Assembly (NCBI GenBank): GCA_014729555.1
Contig: WJJT01000054.1
Coordinates: 1-51,245 of the forward strand
DNA: 51,245 nucleotides
Direction: 5' to 3'
DNA from: Candidatus Woesearchaeota archaeon
GTDB lineage: Archaea > Nanobdellota > Nanobdellia > Woesearchaeales > ARS49
Each line of letters begins with the position of its first letter. Within the stretch, counting starts at the first letter, position 1. Shown piece by piece: positions 48,246-51,245 of this stretch. The position numbers were made by a program, and so were the translations under genes. The notes below the pieces were generated by a model, which worked only from the letters and a program-made list of their open reading frames with translations, ran no database searches and had not been told where the DNA came from.

Positions 48246-49097
48246 ATGTTGAACTCATTAATTAAAGGAGCCAGAAGAATTCCAACTTATGCCAACCAAG
48301 TTTATTATAAAGATGGAAATTACATTAAAGTTTTTGACCATGCCTGGGAAGCAAGAAAAGCCATACTTGTTTACAAATTATTAGATGATATCCCTGTTCC
48401 CCGCGTTCTTAAATCAGGCAGAAATTATATTGTGATGGAAGAGATTAAAGGCGAAACTTTAGCCAAAGCAAAATATGATAAGGGAAAAATTGCCGCACAG
48501 TTAGGAACAATCTTAGCTAAGATTCATTCGAGAACATATTCAAAATTTGGTGATTTATCTGGGAGAGAAGTGGGTAAATCTCAAGAAATCAATGCTGGAC
48601 CGTTCACAACATGGAAAGAGATGCATCAGGCTATCGTAAAACATAGACTCACATATTTTAAAAAAACTAAATTTGAGCATTTAATAAAGCCAATACAACA
48701 ATATTTTAAACAAAACAAACATTTAATTGATTACAAAATCACGCCCAGATTACTACATATCGATCTTAACAAGAAAAACATTATTGTTAAAAACAACAGA
48801 ATTGTGGGCATACTTGATGCAGAGGGCGGTTTTGTTGGACATAATGAGGAAGATCTGATGCGGACAGAACTTGCACAGTTTGGTGATGTATTTGCAAACA
48901 AAAACAAATGCAGAGATGTGTTTTTTCGAGCTTACCAAAAGCAAATACAGTTAGATAAAGGATATAAAGAGAGGTGTAAATTTTATTGGTTGTCAAGAGC
49001 GATGGTTGGAATGCGTTGCATAATACAGTTTCCAGATTATAATGATCCTGAATTTCCTGGGAAAATTGAAGCTTTTCTAAAACAGAACGTCAAATGA
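48246..49097 (+). CDS. Aminoglycoside phosphotransferase (APH)-like kinase
   Basis: IPVPRVL, MEEIKG, LAKIH, HIDLNKKNI, ILDAE; atypical codon usage. Confidence 0.8.
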   Translation: MLNSLIKGARRIPTYANQVYYKDGNYIKVFDHAWEARKAILVYKLLDDIPVPRVLKSGRNYIVMEEIKGETLAKAKYDKGKIAAQLGTILAKIHSRTYSKFGDLSGREVGKSQEINAGPFTTWKEMHQAIVKHRLTYFKKTKFEHLIKPIQQYFKQNKHLIDYKITPRLLHIDLNKKNIIVKNNRIVGILDAEGGFVGHNEEDLMRTELAQFGDVFANKNKCRDVFFRAYQKQIQLDKGYKERCKFYWLSRAMVGMRCIIQFPDYNDPEFPGKIEAFLKQNVK

Positions 49098-49112
49098 GTT
49101 ATTAATCATACC

Positions 49113-49469
49113 ATGCCTAGACTGCCAAGAGTATCGGACTTTGAAAACAAAAAAGACCACTTAGGCAGGAAGATATGCAGGAATTGTGAACAGACTGTGG
49201 CAAAAAGAAGACGATTCTATTGCAGCACAAAATGCATGGACGAATTTAATCAGAATCACGATTGGCACTGGGTTAGAAAAGCAATACTAAGACGAGACAA
49301 TTACCGCTGCAGCATCTGCAGAACAAGAAAGCGCAAAGCAGAGCTTGATGTCGACCATATTATTCCAGTAAGATGCGGAATCAATCCATTTGGCAAAAAT
49401 AATCTGCGGCTTCTCTGCAAAGAATGCCATAAAGCAAAAACAAAACTGGACCGCGAAGCAAATCTTTAG
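49113..49469 (+). CDS. HNH endonuclease
   Basis: RD.YRCSIC, VDHIIP, NLRLLCKECHKAKT, plus an N-terminal zinc finger. Confidence 0.9.
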   Translation: MPRLPRVSDFENKKDHLGRKICRNCEQTVAKRRRFYCSTKCMDEFNQNHDWHWVRKAILRRDNYRCSICRTRKRKAELDVDHIIPVRCGINPFGKNNLRLLCKECHKAKTKLDREANL

Positions 49470-49508
49470 AAACTTTTAAAAACCGCTCTAAGTTTTTATC
49501 AACCAGAC

Positions 49509-49654
49509 GGGCCCGTAGCTCAGCTTGGTTAGAGCGCTGGTCTTATATGGCCACGTTTTAAGCATAACTCGTCTAAGCGAGCCAGAGGTCCTGGGTTCAA
49601 ATATGTTCGAGGGGATTCAACTCCCTTCGGTCGTTGAAAGTCCCAGCGGGCCCA
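49509..49654 (+). tRNA. tRNA-Ile(TAT) with introns at 37/38 (32 nt) and 59/60 (39 nt)
   Basis: GGGCCCG/CGGGCCC-A; CTGGT-CTTATA..A-GCCAG; BHBs CTTA-TAT..TAAG-CGA (intron 49548-49579) and TTCA-AAT..TGAA-AGT (intron 49602-49640). Confidence 0.92.
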
Positions 49655-49706
49655 CTTTTTTCCCAAAACCTTTAAAAACACAATAGAACTTTTCAACAAA
49701 CGGACG

Positions 49707-49751
49707 CAACACTCCTGTGTAGCAGCCCGGCGAACTTTTAAAAAAAAGTTC
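49707..49751 (+). pseudogene. Degenerate 5' copy of tRNA-Glu fused to a GAACTTTT-A4-AAAAGTTC hairpin
   Basis: CAACACTCCTGTGTAGCAGCCCGGCGAAC is colinear with CAACGCTCCTGTGGTGTAGTCCGGCCAAT (22/29). Confidence 0.65.
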
Positions 49752-49809
49752 AAACAAAAAAGCCTACAAACGGACAAAAGGTTTTCGCAAACGCTCAAAC
49801 CCTTACAAC

Positions 49810-49884
49810 GCTCCTGTGGTGTAGTCCGGCCAATCATCCGGCACTTTCGATGCCGGGACCGGGGTTCGAATCCCCGCGGGAGCA
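49810..49884 (+). tRNA. tRNA-Glu(TTC)
   Basis: GCTCCTG/CGGGAGC-A; CGGCA-CTTTCGA-TGCCG; CGGGG-TTCGAAT-CCCCG. Confidence 0.95.
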
Positions 49885-50005
49885 CTTACTTTAACAAAAG
49901 GCTTTTAAACAACGCCCAAATCTTAAACGATAAACAATGAAAAGAAGCAGTAGATAAAGAAAATCAAAGATTTTCTAATCTCAAACGTTGAAAATAATAA
50001 AAAAA

Positions 50006-50119
50006 ATGAAGCGAAGTTCAAGACGTTGGAAAAAGAAAGGACAGATGCGCTGGAAATGGCAGAGAAAGCGCATGAAAAAAGACAAGAGAAAGAGAGCTCA
50101 GCGAGCAGGCAAAAAATAG
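50006..50119 (+). CDS. rpl41e: Ribosomal protein eS32 (L41e), 37 aa
   Basis: MKRSSRRWKKKGQMRWKWQRKRMKKDKRKRAQRAGKK matches the archaeal WKKKGxMRWKW signature; below the ORF-track cutoff. Confidence 0.88.
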   Translation: MKRSSRRWKKKGQMRWKWQRKRMKKDKRKRAQRAGKK

Positions 50120-50125
50120 TTCTAG

Positions 50126-50650
50126 TTAGATAATTTTTCTTTTTTGAAGTTCTGACTTTATTTTAAGTGCAGCATGTTCTGGGGAGATATTATCATAAAC
50201 AACGATATCCGCATGCTTTTTCAGGAGAGGAATGCTGTATTTATGGCGCTCTAAAACATCTTCAAAAGATATCCTATATTCTCTTTTTTGCTCTCTAGCA
50301 GAACAAATCTCCGCGCTTTTCTTTATGGACCTGTCAGGAAGAATCAATATCAAAACGCCGTTTTTTTGGCAAAACTTTGCATCTTTTTCCTTTATGTCCT
50401 CACCTTCCTTATTTCCAAATAAAACCTGCGGAATAACAAAGTTTCCCTTTGGCAAAGCTCTTAGAATATCAGAGGATTTTTCTATCATCTTTCTCCAACC
50501 ATGCATCTGGATAAACTTACCGATATCACCAAATTCATTGATAAAAACCTGATCTGGATCAATACAGGGCCAATTAAGAAGATTAGCCAGTGCAACAGCG
50601 GTGGTGCTTTTTCCTGCACCATACGGGCCTGTAAGGTATAGATGTACCAT
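50126..50650 (-). CDS. Shikimate kinase-like P-loop kinase
   Basis: GPYGAGKST, D.D and I..FI...GW pattern. Confidence 0.7.
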   Translation of the reverse strand: MVHLYLTGPYGAGKSTTAVALANLLNWPCIDPDQVFINEFGDIGKFIQMHGWRKMIEKSSDILRALPKGNFVIPQVLFGNKEGEDIKEKDAKFCQKNGVLILILPDRSIKKSAEICSAREQKREYRISFEDVLERHKYSIPLLKKHADIVVYDNISPEHAALKIKSELQKRKII

Positions 50651-50733
50651 GTCTAAAATAAAAAAATAGGATTATAAAAATATATCTATTAAAAAACAAT
50701 TTACTGAGGATACTTTTTACTATACTGCAACCA

Positions 50734-50746
50734 AAAGGTTTATAAA
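50734..50746 (+). promoter_or_regulatory. Probable rRNA promoter (BRE + TATA)
   Basis: AAAAGG-TTTATAA about 220 nt upstream of the 16S start. Confidence 0.5.
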
Positions 50747-50960
50747 TCACCACCAAATTCTACGTCCTATTCGTGAAATCATCTCCAATAGAAAGTCGGT
50801 AAATTTTTCCGGCACAACTTCTATCCTCGGGAAAGCTGAGGACACAAACAACAATGACTAAATATGAGTGTCAAAACTAGAGTTTTGTACATGAGAGAGA
50901 GCAGCTCAAGTCAATTTCAACCGGCCGTATAAGTGGTACGTTCTTTATGGACGTTCGCAA

Positions 50961-51245
50961 ATTTCCCGTTTATCCTGCGGGAGGTTGCTGCTATCAGAAT
51001 CCGGCTAAGACATGCAAGTCTAGGGGCCTTCGGGTCACTGGCAGACTGCTCAGCAACACGTCGATAATCTGCCCTTAGGTCAGGGATAACCTTGGGAAAC
51101 TGAGGCTAAACCCTGGCAGGGAATGGAAACTGGAATGTTCTATTCCTGAAAACTTCGGTGCCTAAGGATGAGTCGGCGGCCCATCAGGTAGTTGGCGGTG
51201 TAACGGACCACCAAGCCTAAGACGGGTAGGGGCCATGAGAGTGGT
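50961..51245 (+). rRNA. rrs: 16S rRNA, 5' part (runs off the right edge)
   Basis: TTCCCGTTTATCCTGCGGGAGG...CATGCAAGTC...CTGCTCAG..AACACGT...GGGATAACC..GGGAAACTG...GTAACGG.CCACCAAG, colinear with archaeal 16S. Confidence 0.96.

Noticed and set aside
509-50552. Many antisense and alternate-frame ORFs inside long genes
   Set aside because: Shadow ORFs arising from biased codon usage; no recognisable motifs.
1-51245. CRISPR array, integrase, transposase or provirus
   Set aside because: No regularly spaced repeats and no recognisable recombinase, transposase or capsid motifs were seen.

Overview
This is an archaeal chromosome segment, most likely DPANN (Woesearchaeota/Nanoarchaeota-like). The evidence is an archaeal histone, prefoldin alpha, Dph6, eS32/L41e, tRNA introns with bulge-helix-bulge (BHB) motifs, a tRNA-Ile(UAU), and the 5' end of a divergent archaeal 16S rRNA at the right edge. 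Metabolic content includes a Ca2+ P-type ATPase with a CaCA antiporter; a nine-gene minus-strand operon (glutaredoxin, ALDH, M42 peptidase, lysine 6-/saccharopine dehydrogenase, aminotransferase, four 2-oxoacid:ferredoxin oxidoreductase subunits) that reads as a peptide-to-lysine fermentation route; and a group 3b-like [NiFe] hydrogenase with a minimal maturation cluster. The window also holds a bacterial-type Lgt with many lipobox proteins, two clusters of small Cys-rich surface paralogs, a LAGLIDADG endonuclease whose stop codon lies inside a tRNA, and a Ser/Thr kinase island. Eight intact tRNAs are present, five of them intron-containing, mostly at non-canonical T-arm positions. The most unusual signals are (i) degenerate 5' copies sitting just upstream of intact conserved genes (three tRNAs and eS32), (ii) a GAA-anticodon tRNA with a long variable arm and G73, and (iii) two structured intergenic RNA candidates. 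All calls come from reading motifs by eye; no database searches were run.
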